Positions 44,564 to 53,357 are shown, counted from the first letter of the stretch. The stretch: DNA of 64,000 nt from Chloroflexota bacterium (GCA_034666405.1 JAXDLW010000047.1:3913-67912); one strand, 5' to 3'. Made by a program: numbers and translations. The notes: a model not told the origin generated them from the sequence alone.

Positions 44564-44600
44564 CCGAAGCGGGAGAGCCTAAACGTGTCCCCCGCTTCGG
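44564..44600 (-). terminator. Stable hairpin between nrdJ stop and yciI-like start (possible terminator/attenuator)
   Basis: Perfect 10-bp stem CCGAAGCGGG (44564-44573) / CCCGCTTCGG (44591-44600) with a 17-nt loop. No clear U-tract on either strand, so terminator function is uncertain. Confidence 0.3.
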
Positions 44601-44625
44601 CCTGGAAGTCGTGGCCTGAGAAAGC

Positions 44626-47454
44626 TCAGCCGCAGCCGCTGGTCGACCCGCAGTTGAGGCACTTGTAGCAGGCGCCGGCCCGGACCATGATCGCGCCGCA
44701 GTCGGAGCAGGTCATGCTGTCGGTCAGCGACACCGTCACCTTGGCCTGGGTGCCACCGACACCGGCAGCCAGCACCCGGAGCTCGTCGCCCGAGTCCGAC
44801 CCCGACGACACGTCCGGCTTCGCCACGGGCTTTGCCGGCTTGGGCGCCTCAACGGCCTTAGCGGTAGCCCCGCCCGTCGCGGACGGGCTGGTCTCCAACG
44901 GCTTCACCTTCGGCTCACGCTTGATGATGCCGATCGCCTCCTTGCCCTCCTCGTCGTAGAACTTCGAGGCCAGCCACCGGAAGATGTAGTCGACGATCGA
45001 CTTGGCGATTGGGATCTCCGGGTTGGAGGTGTAGCCGCTGGGCTCGAAGCGCACGTGCGAGAACTTGGAGACCAGGGCCTCCAGGGGCACGCCGTACTGC
45101 AGCGACAGTGACACCATGATCGCGAAGCTGTCCATCATCCCCGACAGCGTCGAGCCTTCCTTCGCCATCTTCACGAAGATCTCGCCCGGCTTGCCGTTCT
45201 CGAACATCGAGACGGTGATGTAGCCCTCGTGGCCCTGGATATCGAACTTGTGGGTGATCGACATGCGCTCGTCCGGCAGCTTGCTGCGCTGCGGGACACG
45301 CGTGGCGACCTCCACCTTGTCGCTCTTCTTCTCGTCCAGCTTGGTGTTCAGCGGCTGGCTGCGCTTGCAGTTGTCGCGGTACACCGAGATGCACTTGAGG
45401 CCCATCTTCCAGCCGTCGATGTAGGCCTGCTCGATGTCCTCGACCGTGGCCAGCTCGGGCAGGTTGATGGTCTTGCTGATCGAGCCGCTGATGAACGGCT
45501 GGGCCGCGGCCACCATCTTGAGGTGCCCCATGTAATGGATGGAGCGCTCTCCCTTGGCGGCTTTGAACGCGCAGTCGAAGACCGGCAGGTGCTCGGCCTT
45601 GAGGGGCGCGCCCTCGATGGTGTCGTTGTCGGCGATGTAGCCGATGATCGCCTCGACCTGCTTGGTGTCGTAGCGCAGCTTGCGCAGCGCGCGCGGCACG
45701 GTGCCGTTGACGATCTTCAGCAGGCCGCCGCCCACCAGCTTCTTGTACTTCACCAGCGCGATGTCGGGCTCGACCCCGGTGGTATCGCAATCCATCATGA
45801 AGGCGATCGTCCCGGTCGGCGCGAGCACCGTTGCCTGGGCGTTGCGGTAGCCGTGCTTCACGCCCAGCGCCACCGCCTCCTCCCAGGCCTGGCAGGCGGC
45901 CTCGATCGGCGCGTCCTTGCTGACCTTGCGGTCGATGTTGTAGGACGCCGCCATGTGCTTGTTCATGACACGCAGCATCGGCTCGCGGTTCTCCGCGAAG
46001 AGCTCGAAAGGCCCCCCGCACTGAGCGGAGATGCGAGCCGATTGCGCGTACGCCTCGGCCGTCATCAGCGAGGTGATGGCCGCGCCGTAGGCACGCCCCT
46101 CGTCGCTGTCGTACGGAAGGCCTTCTGACATCAGCAGCGCACCGAGGTTGGCGAAACCAAGCCCCAGCGGACGCAGCTTGTGGGAGTTCTCCTCGATCTT
46201 GGGAGTGGGGTAGGACGCGTTGGGGACGATCATCTCCTGCGCGGTGATGGTGATCCGGACCGCGTGCTTGAAGTCGTCGGTGAGGAAGGTGCCGTCCTCG
46301 TCGATGAACTTCATCAGGTTGAGCGACGCCAGGTTGCACGCCGTGTCGTCGATGAAGACGAACTCCGAGCAGGGGTTGGTGGCGTTGATCCGGGCCGTGT
46401 TGGCGACGCAGTTCCAGTCCTGGATGATGGTGTCGTACTGCATCCCGGGATCGCCGCAGACCCACGCCGCGTCGCTGATCTGGCGCATCAGCTCACGGGC
46501 CTTGAAACCCTTGAGGGGCTTGCGGTCGGTGACCGTCAGGGTGGTCCACTCGCCGTCGTTCTGGACCGCCTTCATGAACTCGTCGGGCACGCGCACCGAG
46601 TTGTTGGAGTTCTGGAAGAAGACCGAGCCGTAGGCCTCGCCGGTGTAGGAACCGTCGTAGCCGGCGTCGATCAACGCCCAGGCCTTCTTCTCCTCGTTCA
46701 CCTTGCAGTTGATGAACTCCTCGATGTCGGGGTGGTCGACGTTGAGGATCACCATCTTGGCCGCGCGCCGCGTCGCGCCGCCGGACTTGATGGCGCCGGC
46801 GAAGGCGTCGAAACCGCGCATGAAGCTGACCGGCCCGGAGGCCGTACCGCCCTGCTTGAGCTTCTCCATCGAACCGCGCAGCGCCGAGAGGTTGACGCCC
46901 GAGCCAGAGCCGTACTTGAACAGCATGCCCTCGGTCTTGGCCAGTTCGAGGATCGACCCCATGGTGTCCTCGATGGAGTTGATGAAGCACGCGCTGCCCT
47001 GCGGCTTCTCCTCGACGCCGACGTTAAACCAAACAGGACTGTTGAACGCCATGCGCTGGCTGACACAGAGGAAGGCCAGTTCGGCCCGGAAGGCCGCGGC
47101 GTCCTCCTCGGAGGCGAAGTAGCCCTGGGCCACGCCCCAGTCGGAGATGGTGTCGACCACGCGACCGATGAGCTGCTTCACGCTCGTCTCCCGACGGGGC
47201 GTGCCCAGCTGGCCGCGGAAGTACTTGCTGACGACGACGTTGGTCGCCATCTGCGACCAGCCCTTGGGGATCTCGACGTCCTTCTGCTCGAAGACCACCT
47301 CGCCCTTCTCATTGGTGATGGTGGCGGAGCGCAGCTCCCACTCGACCTCGTCGAAGGGGTGCACCCCCGGCCGCGTGAAGCGGCGATCGACCTTGAGGCC
47401 TGACCCGGCGATGGAACCGGACGCGGAAGTCGGAATGCTGCGGCTCTTGGACAC
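44626..47454 (-). CDS. nrdJ: Vitamin B12-dependent (class II) ribonucleotide reductase
   Basis: 942 aa and collinear with actinobacterial NrdJ (VVSKYFRG, SACFI, NPCSEFVF, TGTIAFMMDCDTTGVEPD, SISKTINLP). C-terminal Cys4 zinc ribbon CSDCG...CYKCLNCG. GTG start 47454 lies 7 nt after GGGAGG. Confidence 0.95.
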   Translation of the reverse strand: MSKSRSIPTSASGSIAGSGLKVDRRFTRPGVHPFDEVEWELRSATITNEKGEVVFEQKDVEIPKGWSQMATNVVVSKYFRGQLGTPRRETSVKQLIGRVVDTISDWGVAQGYFASEEDAAAFRAELAFLCVSQRMAFNSPVWFNVGVEEKPQGSACFINSIEDTMGSILELAKTEGMLFKYGSGSGVNLSALRGSMEKLKQGGTASGPVSFMRGFDAFAGAIKSGGATRRAAKMVILNVDHPDIEEFINCKVNEEKKAWALIDAGYDGSYTGEAYGSVFFQNSNNSVRVPDEFMKAVQNDGEWTTLTVTDRKPLKGFKARELMRQISDAAWVCGDPGMQYDTIIQDWNCVANTARINATNPCSEFVFIDDTACNLASLNLMKFIDEDGTFLTDDFKHAVRITITAQEMIVPNASYPTPKIEENSHKLRPLGLGFANLGALLMSEGLPYDSDEGRAYGAAITSLMTAEAYAQSARISAQCGGPFELFAENREPMLRVMNKHMAASYNIDRKVSKDAPIEAACQAWEEAVALGVKHGYRNAQATVLAPTGTIAFMMDCDTTGVEPDIALVKYKKLVGGGLLKIVNGTVPRALRKLRYDTKQVEAIIGYIADNDTIEGAPLKAEHLPVFDCAFKAAKGERSIHYMGHLKMVAAAQPFISGSISKTINLPELATVEDIEQAYIDGWKMGLKCISVYRDNCKRSQPLNTKLDEKKSDKVEVATRVPQRSKLPDERMSITHKFDIQGHEGYITVSMFENGKPGEIFVKMAKEGSTLSGMMDSFAIMVSLSLQYGVPLEALVSKFSHVRFEPSGYTSNPEIPIAKSIVDYIFRWLASKFYDEEGKEAIGIIKREPKVKPLETSPSATGGATAKAVEAPKPAKPVAKPDVSSGSDSGDELRVLAAGVGGTQAKVTVSLTDSMTCSDCGAIMVRAGACYKCLNCGSTSGCG

Positions 47455-47565
47455 GTGAAAACCTCCCGAAAAGGACTACTTACTACAACGCTGGATGGAC
47501 CCGATTTAGTCCTCTGTCACCCCGGTCGGGCCCCACGGTCCGCTTCCTCGGTGGAGGGCTCAGCA

Positions 47566-47635
47566 ATAGTGCTCCGCCTTTCCCGAAAAGTCAACATTCT
47601 GTATGTCCGGGCCGAAAACCCCCCATATCTAGTGG
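47566..47635 (-). promoter_or_regulatory. Putative nrdJ promoter with two NrdR-type boxes
   Basis: On the minus strand: ATACAGAATGTTGACT (47604-47589, 10/16 to the remembered NrdR consensus ACACWATATATWGTGT) and CCACTAGATATGGGGG (47635-47620, 11/16). The gap is 15 nt and centre-to-centre distance is 31 bp. Box 1 overlaps a TTGACT -35 hexamer (47594-47589), followed 17 nt later by CACTAT. Confidence 0.45.
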
Positions 47636-47651
47636 AGAACCGGTTCAAATC

Positions 47652-47734
47652 CAGTTCACAGGTGGGTGGACAACCTGTGAATTCGGGTCCCCTGGGGCGA
47701 CTCGTCCACAGTTGGGTGGATAACCTGTGGATAC
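47652..47734. repeat. Two 28-bp near-identical units, 50 bp apart, each a short palindrome enclosing DnaA-box-like 9-mers
   Basis: Unit 1 is TTCACAGGTGGGTGGACAACCTGTGAAT (47655-47682). Unit 2 is TCCACAGTTGGGTGGATAACCTGTGGAT (47705-47732). Four 8/9 matches to TT(A/G)TCCACA: TTGTCCACC (rc of 47665-73), TCGTCCACA (47702-10), TTATCCACC (rc of 47715-23), GTATCCACA (rc of 47726-34). Confidence 0.6.
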
Positions 47735-47835
47735 CGCCCCAATTCGTTAACCAAGTCCAAGACCGCAGCGACCTTTCCCGTTCGACAGGGACGAAGCCCG
47801 CAAGATTCCCGCGGTCCCGTCGTCAGAACTACGGG

Positions 47836-50340
47836 ATGGGCTTCTCTTCACTTTCAACAGGCGGTGGCGCACGCCACGCCCGCCGCGCACTCGCGGCCGG
47901 GGTGTCGATTGCCGCGGCCCTGAGCGTCATGAGCTCGTCAGGCAGTGCGTTCGACCCGAGCGTGCCGCTGGCCGACAACCCGGTTCGCAGTGTCGAGCCC
48001 GTGGTCATCACCGGCAACCAGTTCCCGACATGGTCCGCCGGCCCGGAGTTCACGTTCCACGAGCCGATGTCGCCAACCAACTCGATCACCGCCGGCCAGC
48101 AGGGCAATGCGCCCGGGCCGCTGCAGAGCAACTGCTACGACCCGAGTGCCAATTACGGCACCCCGGCCGGCTCCGACCCGGCCAGCGGCGACCACAACTG
48201 CTACCAGTCGTCCCGGCTGCCGCTGAGGACCCTGCCGATCACCAAGGGCGTCGACCCCCGCCGGATCCTGGGTTACCGCTGGGATGGCACCAGGTTCGCC
48301 CAGATCCCCTTCCAGGTCGACCAGGTGTTCACCCGCTACCTCACCAATGACGCCTCCGGGTTCGCGTTCTACTCCGGGATCGACAAGCACGATGACCTGG
48401 CGTACGACCGCGAGGGCTTCCGTTTCCTGGCGAACGCCCCGGCCGCCGACCCGAAGCACCCGACCCCCGCCGTCTGCAAGGCCCTGCCCTACAAGGCGCC
48501 CGGCGGCGGCTTCTACGACGGTCAGCCCACCACCCCGTCGCCCAACGGGTTCCACCTCGTGGACAAGGACGAGGTGGTCTTCATGGCCCGGGACGCGGGC
48601 AACGCGGCCCCCAGCGGCGCGGTCCTCCCAGCCGGGATCCTGGACACGTACACGATCACCGTGACCGACCCCGACACGGGCAAGCAGGGCTACGTCTACG
48701 TGGCGCTCGGCGGCGACAACGGTCCGAAGCTGAAGTACACCGCCGCCAACTCGCCCTACGTGCACTACCAGCGTGATGCCGACGCCGGGATGTTCGTCTA
48801 CTCCCAGAGCTCGTATGGCGGCTACGGCGCCGCCCCCGAGGGCTGGTACTGCAACCCGGACGGCACCCTGGCCATGAACAAGGACACCAACACGGCCAGT
48901 CCGACCTACGGTCAGATGGTGCCCGCGATCGGCCAGCGCCGGCCGAAGGACACGGCCTGGATCACCACTCCTCGCTACGCGTTCCGCTACGACGGCCGCT
49001 GGCTGATGACCGAGATCCACATCTCCCCCACCGACAACGGGTACATCGACAAGAAGGGCGTGCTGCACAACTACGGCCCGAACGTCGTCGACCGCTGGAA
49101 GGCACGCGCGTTCCAGCAGTCACCCGGCGGGACGACGCCCTGCTGCGGGTACGAGGAGGAGGCCACCAACTGGGGTGGCAGCTCCCAGCTCTTCGGCGAG
49201 AAGGCCGGCCCGGTGCGCGTGGTCCGCGCGACCTGGGGCGCCGACTCCTCGACCAACAACGTCCGCCGCGAGGTCTTCTACGCGGAGCAGGTCCGCTACC
49301 AGGACGCGCTGCGGGTCCACGTCATCCCCCCGCTTGACGGCATCTACGTCCAGCGCGACATGGCGGCCGGGATCATGGACACCTACTACAACCCGTACAA
49401 CAAGGCGGGGGTGCCGGTGCTCGGCATCAACGAGGAGGTCTTCGGCAACGTCCACTCCGGTTTCGGCGCCGGTGGCCTCTGCTACTCCAGCCAGGACAAG
49501 CTCGGCTCAACGCTGCGGGCGATCACCGGGACGCCGTCGATCGTGGTGCCGGTAGGCACGTCCGACCCCTGCAACCAGGACTACAGCGTGGCGCCCAAGG
49601 TTGACGACGTGCACGGCGACTTCGACTTCTTCGACCCGACGTTCTCGGGCCCCCCGGGCGAGCTGGCCTGGGAGCAGACCTCGGGCAAGTACGGGACGCT
49701 GGTCGAGCGCTGGACCGGCCAGACGTACTCGCCAGGGGGCGTGCTGATCGGGGCCGCGACGTCCTTCCCCTACTACCGCGACGACTCCTGCTTCGATGAC
49801 GGCACCGGGACCGACCCCGGGCCCAAGCTGCACCTCCGGAGCCAGGACGAGCCCAAGTTCTGGTGGATCGACCCGGCCACCAAGGTCCCGACGTCGAGCT
49901 CCACCCTGCCTGACCCGAAGCTGCACGTCAAGCTCAACCCGCGCCGCTGCTGGAACCACCATGCCAACGGCACGCCGTACAACATCCCGGGGACCCAGTC
50001 CTACGACCCGACCAAGAAGGCCGAGAAGTCCGAAGGGGTCCCGAACCCGAAGTTCTCCCCGCAGGGCGACATCCGCTACTTCCAGGGCGACATCGGGACC
50101 CACGGCCTGCACGTCATGCTGATCGCCGACTCCGACAACGCGCAGATGACCCAGCCGATCGACGAGCTCGACAGCGAACAGATCCAGGTGATCCTGCCTC
50201 CGATCAACGCCGCTCGCCAGCCGAACGTGGGCGAGTCCTACGGCCGTTCCTTCGAGAAGCCGCTGGTCACCACCGCCCAGCCGGCCGTCGGCCTGATGGT
50301 CGAGAACCTCGCGGTCCCCGTGCCGCCGGCGGCGCACTAG
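47836..50340 (+). CDS. Large (834 aa) secreted protein of unknown function
   Basis: Start at ATG 47836 gives a signal peptide (ARRALAAGVSIAAALSVMSSSGSA). The upstream 127 codons of ORF 47455 cover the nrdJ control region and are rejected. Trp/Tyr/Asp/Gly-rich, with several Cys pairs. No family recognised. Confidence 0.7.
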   Translation: MGFSSLSTGGGARHARRALAAGVSIAAALSVMSSSGSAFDPSVPLADNPVRSVEPVVITGNQFPTWSAGPEFTFHEPMSPTNSITAGQQGNAPGPLQSNCYDPSANYGTPAGSDPASGDHNCYQSSRLPLRTLPITKGVDPRRILGYRWDGTRFAQIPFQVDQVFTRYLTNDASGFAFYSGIDKHDDLAYDREGFRFLANAPAADPKHPTPAVCKALPYKAPGGGFYDGQPTTPSPNGFHLVDKDEVVFMARDAGNAAPSGAVLPAGILDTYTITVTDPDTGKQGYVYVALGGDNGPKLKYTAANSPYVHYQRDADAGMFVYSQSSYGGYGAAPEGWYCNPDGTLAMNKDTNTASPTYGQMVPAIGQRRPKDTAWITTPRYAFRYDGRWLMTEIHISPTDNGYIDKKGVLHNYGPNVVDRWKARAFQQSPGGTTPCCGYEEEATNWGGSSQLFGEKAGPVRVVRATWGADSSTNNVRREVFYAEQVRYQDALRVHVIPPLDGIYVQRDMAAGIMDTYYNPYNKAGVPVLGINEEVFGNVHSGFGAGGLCYSSQDKLGSTLRAITGTPSIVVPVGTSDPCNQDYSVAPKVDDVHGDFDFFDPTFSGPPGELAWEQTSGKYGTLVERWTGQTYSPGGVLIGAATSFPYYRDDSCFDDGTGTDPGPKLHLRSQDEPKFWWIDPATKVPTSSSTLPDPKLHVKLNPRRCWNHHANGTPYNIPGTQSYDPTKKAEKSEGVPNPKFSPQGDIRYFQGDIGTHGLHVMLIADSDNAQMTQPIDELDSEQIQVILPPINAARQPNVGESYGRSFEKPLVTTAQPAVGLMVENLAVPVPPAAH

Positions 50341-50432
50341 CTCCCACCCCTGCTTCCCGGCCGTCAGCCGGGAGGGCTGACCCAGCGGCTCAAACCACCC
50401 TCCCGAGGGTATAACGGCGCTATCATGTCTTC

Positions 50433-50702
50433 ATGCAGGATGACGCTAAGGATGGAGCCGGCACGCACCCCGACGGCGACCGCCGCAGTGAACCCCGGCT
50501 CCCCGAGGAGCTGCTGGCCGTGATGACCGACAATGCGGTCGCCTCGGAACTCATCGGCCGCCTTCCTGAGGAGGAGCGTCTCTCGCGCGGCCGCTGGGTG
50601 GCGGAGGGCGAGAGCCGGGCAGCGCGTGCCAGGCGCGCCGTTGACGTGGTGCGCGACGTGATCGATCCCGACGTTCCCCCGAAGCCCAAGACCCACCGGT
50701 GA
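50433..50702 (+). CDS. Hypothetical small charged protein
   Basis: 89-aa ORF 27 nt upstream of the cNMP-binding gene on the same strand. No motifs recognised. Confidence 0.35.
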   Translation: MQDDAKDGAGTHPDGDRRSEPRLPEELLAVMTDNAVASELIGRLPEEERLSRGRWVAEGESRAARARRAVDVVRDVIDPDVPPKPKTHR

Positions 50703-50729
50703 GCCCGCGGTCGCCATAATAGGGCGGCC

Positions 50730-51125
50730 ATGTTGGACCTGAGCAAGAGCGGACTGTTCGCGGGCCTGCCATCCAAGGAGCTCGACACGATCAGGCGCCA
50801 GCTCAAAGAGGTGACCCACGCGGAGGGTGACGTGATCATGGAGACCGGGCGCCCGGGCATCGGCTTCTTCGTCATCGCCGAGGGCGAGGCGGAAGCGCTG
50901 GTGCCCCGAGGCCACACCCACAAGCTCGGGGCCGGCGACCACTTCGGCGAGATCGCGATGCTGGACGAGAAGGGCCGGAGCGCGACCGTCAAGGCCCTCA
51001 CCCCCATGCGCCTGGGCTTCGTCGCGGAATGGGAGTTCAAGAGCTTCCTGACAGAGCACCCGGAGGTGGCATTCCGCCTCCTCAAGTCCCTCGCCGCGCG
51101 CCTGCGCGAAGCGGAAACCAACTGA
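50730..51125 (+). CDS. Stand-alone cyclic-nucleotide-binding (CAP effector) domain protein, no output domain
   Basis: 131 aa. LFAGLPSKELDTIRRQLKEVTHAEGDVIMETGRPGIGFFVIAEGEAE...LGAGDHFGEIAMLDEKGRSATVKAL carries the FGE(I/L)A...R(S/T)A phosphate-binding cassette. It ends after the C-helix without an HTH. Confidence 0.8.
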   Translation: MLDLSKSGLFAGLPSKELDTIRRQLKEVTHAEGDVIMETGRPGIGFFVIAEGEAEALVPRGHTHKLGAGDHFGEIAMLDEKGRSATVKALTPMRLGFVAEWEFKSFLTEHPEVAFRLLKSLAARLREAETN

Positions 51126-51132
51126 AATAGAT

Positions 51133-51162
51133 CACCCCGGGAAGCTGCAGCCTCCCGGGGTG
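51133..51162 (+). terminator. Hairpin after the cNMP-binding gene
   Basis: Perfect 10-bp stem CACCCCGGGA (51133-42) / TCCCGGGGTG (51153-62) with a 10-nt loop, 8 nt after the stop. No U-tract. Confidence 0.4.
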
Positions 51163-51322
51163 CTATGAGGGGTTACCCAATACGAATGGGATTGGAGGGA
51201 TGGAGGGATAACAAAAAGGCCAGATGGATAGACCTGGGACGCCCCTCTCTTCAGTTCCCGCTCTGGCCATCGTACGCCAAACGCCCGGTTATTGCTGAGG
51301 CCGGCTGCTAGCCTGTCGCCGC

Positions 51323-51604
51323 ATGGGAGGTGCCGGGCCGCTGTTACTGCTGGCCGCCGGCGCGCTGATGGCGGTGAGCGGGGCACTGCTGGTCTCCGCA
51401 TCGCTGCGCCGGCTGCGCCGGGTGGGGGCATTCGGCTCGCTCTACTGGCGGTCCTTCAGGCAGTTCGCGGGATACCGGCTGCGCACCCTGCGGCCCCTCG
51501 GTAGCGGCCTCTTGGGCGTAGCCCTAATCGCGGTCGGGCTGCTTGCCCTCTACCTGGGCGTCATCTCCTTTTACGGCAACCGCCTGTACCACCCCGCGGG
51601 CTGA
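51323..51604 (+). CDS. Possible small 3-TM membrane protein
   Basis: 93-aa ORF with hydrophobic helices and basic loops. It overlaps the 3' end of the convergent acyltransferase ORF by 81 nt, so one of the two ends is probably mis-set. Confidence 0.3.
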   Translation: MGGAGPLLLLAAGALMAVSGALLVSASLRRLRRVGAFGSLYWRSFRQFAGYRLRTLRPLGSGLLGVALIAVGLLALYLGVISFYGNRLYHPAG

Positions 51605-52234
51605 GCGCTGCCACGGCCAGCGCCGGGGAGCCGTGCCGGCGCGCCGGCCCAGGCGGCCGAAGGCGTCGCGCACCGCGTCGACCGCGGCCTGCACCCGCTC
51701 CTTGACCCCCCAGATCAGCGGCGACTCGGGGACGAAGGGCTTGCCGATGTCGACGGTCACCCTGGAGAACGGGCGCAACCGACCGGTGCCGGTCAGCAGC
51801 ACCGGGAGAAGCGGCTTCCCGCTGTTGATTGCGAAGTGACCGACACCATCTTTCAGCGGCATCAACTGGCCGTCCTTGCCATAGGCCCCCTCAGGGAAGA
51901 TCAGGACCCGCTCGCCGCCGTTCAGCAGGTCGTAGACCTGGTTGACCGCCTGCTCGTCGAGCATCCCCCGGTTGCGGCGGATGGGGAACACCGCCAGCTT
52001 GGGCATGAGCCAGCGCTTGAACCCGGTGTTGAAGACGGTGCTCTCGTTGGCCATCGTGTGCAGCCGCGGTTTTCGCGGCAGGGCGTACATGATGAAGACC
52101 GTGTCCGTCCATGAGAGGTGGTTGCTGACCACGAGGCAGCCCTCGTCCGGGACGTTCTCGCGACCCAGCACCTCGACCCGGAAGAAGATGCCCAGGACCA
52201 CCCGGACCAGGACCTGGAGGAAGTCGTAGAGCAT
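51524..52234 (-). CDS. 1-acyl-sn-glycerol-3-phosphate acyltransferase family (PlsC-like)
   Basis: HxxxxD motif in VVSNHLSWTDT, plus IFPEGAYG and a PLLPVLLTGT block. Confidence 0.8.
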   Translation of the reverse strand: MLYDFLQVLVRVVLGIFFRVEVLGRENVPDEGCLVVSNHLSWTDTVFIMYALPRKPRLHTMANESTVFNTGFKRWLMPKLAVFPIRRNRGMLDEQAVNQVYDLLNGGERVLIFPEGAYGKDGQLMPLKDGVGHFAINSGKPLLPVLLTGTGRLRPFSRVTVDIGKPFVPESPLIWGVKERVQAAVDAVRDAFGRLGRRAGTAPRRWPWQRSARGVVQAVAVKGDDAQVEGKQPDRD

Positions 52235-52298
52235 CAGCTCCTTCTTTTAACCTGTCGGGGGCTGAATTGGCCGCTCGCTCCGTTACAGTCTGGTCCAC

Positions 52299-53348
52299 AT
52301 GCTCTTGCGGCTGGTCCGCGGGCGCCGGGTTCGCGGCGTGGCGGGGGACATTCTCAACCAGGTCAGCTACCTCGTGGCCGTGGCGCTGTGCCTATCGATC
52401 ATCGTGCTCGCCGGGTCACACATCACCAGGCGACTCCACGTTGTGAGCGGCGACCCGCTGTCCGCGTTCGGCCAGCGCAACCTGACCGACGCCTCGCGGC
52501 TCGACCCAGCGAGCAAGGCCGAGATCGGCCTGGTCGCGCCGCAGCCCGTGGTGCCCGGGCCGCCGGTCGCGGTCGCGCAGACGCCCGAGGACATCACGTC
52601 CCCGCCGGTGCCCACCGCCTACGACCTGGTCAAGCCCGTGCGCAAGGGCACCTGGCTGCCGATCGTGATGTACCACTACATCCGCACCGCCGCCAAGACC
52701 GACCGCTTGGGCTACAACCTGTCGGTCACGCCGGACCATTTCCGCGAGCAGATGCACTGGTTGCGGGACCATGGCTACACAGCCCTGACCATGCGTGAGG
52801 TGGACCAGGTCCTGGCCGGACGGCGCACAGCCCCGGCGCGCCCGGTCGCCCTGACGTTCGACGACGCCTACCGCGACTTCTACACCACGGCGGCCCCGAT
52901 CCTGCGGGAATCAGGGTTCAGCGCCACGAGCTATGTGCCCACACGGCTCGTGGGTGGGTCGGACTACATGTCGTGGGGCGAGATCGTGGAGCTCGACGGG
53001 GAGGGCTTTGAGATGGCGGCCCACAGCCAGTACCACGTGGATATCAGCAAGGCCACCACGGACGCCGCGCGGGTCGAGGTCTTCGGCGCCAAGGCCGACC
53101 TCGAGAGCCACCTCGGCCACCAGGTCGTCGACTGGGCGTACCCCTACGGCGCAGTGAACGTCAAAGCGGCGACCCTGGTGAAGGAGGCGGGGTTCTGGAG
53201 CGCCACCACCACCCAGCCGGGCAGCTGGCACGACTCGGACCACATGCTCTACCTGAGCCGGGTCCGTATGGGGGGTGGAGACGGCATCACCCAGCTCGCC
53301 TGGGGGGTGGAGGCGCCGGCCGTGCCGTCACCGCCCTCGGCTCACTGA
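52299..53348 (+). CDS. Polysaccharide deacetylase (NodB/CE4) family, membrane-anchored
   Basis: N-terminal TM (VSYLVAVALCLSIIVLAGS). Catalytic-domain motifs VALTFDDAYRDFY, MAAHSQYH, WAYPYG. Confidence 0.8.
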   Translation: MLLRLVRGRRVRGVAGDILNQVSYLVAVALCLSIIVLAGSHITRRLHVVSGDPLSAFGQRNLTDASRLDPASKAEIGLVAPQPVVPGPPVAVAQTPEDITSPPVPTAYDLVKPVRKGTWLPIVMYHYIRTAAKTDRLGYNLSVTPDHFREQMHWLRDHGYTALTMREVDQVLAGRRTAPARPVALTFDDAYRDFYTTAAPILRESGFSATSYVPTRLVGGSDYMSWGEIVELDGEGFEMAAHSQYHVDISKATTDAARVEVFGAKADLESHLGHQVVDWAYPYGAVNVKAATLVKEAGFWSATTTQPGSWHDSDHMLYLSRVRMGGGDGITQLAWGVEAPAVPSPPSAH

Positions 53349-53357
53349 AGCCGGGCG

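Noticed and set aside
47455-47590. Possible cobalamin riboswitch in the nrdJ leader.
   Set aside because: The predicted leader is only about 110 nt, and I found no B12-box-like element. Only a simple hairpin (47472-47513) is present.
47652-47734. DnaA-box cluster as a chromosomal origin (oriC).
   Set aside because: There are only about four good boxes, no AT-rich unwinding element, and no dnaA/dnaN/parAB context. Placement directly upstream of the NrdR operators fits gene regulation better.
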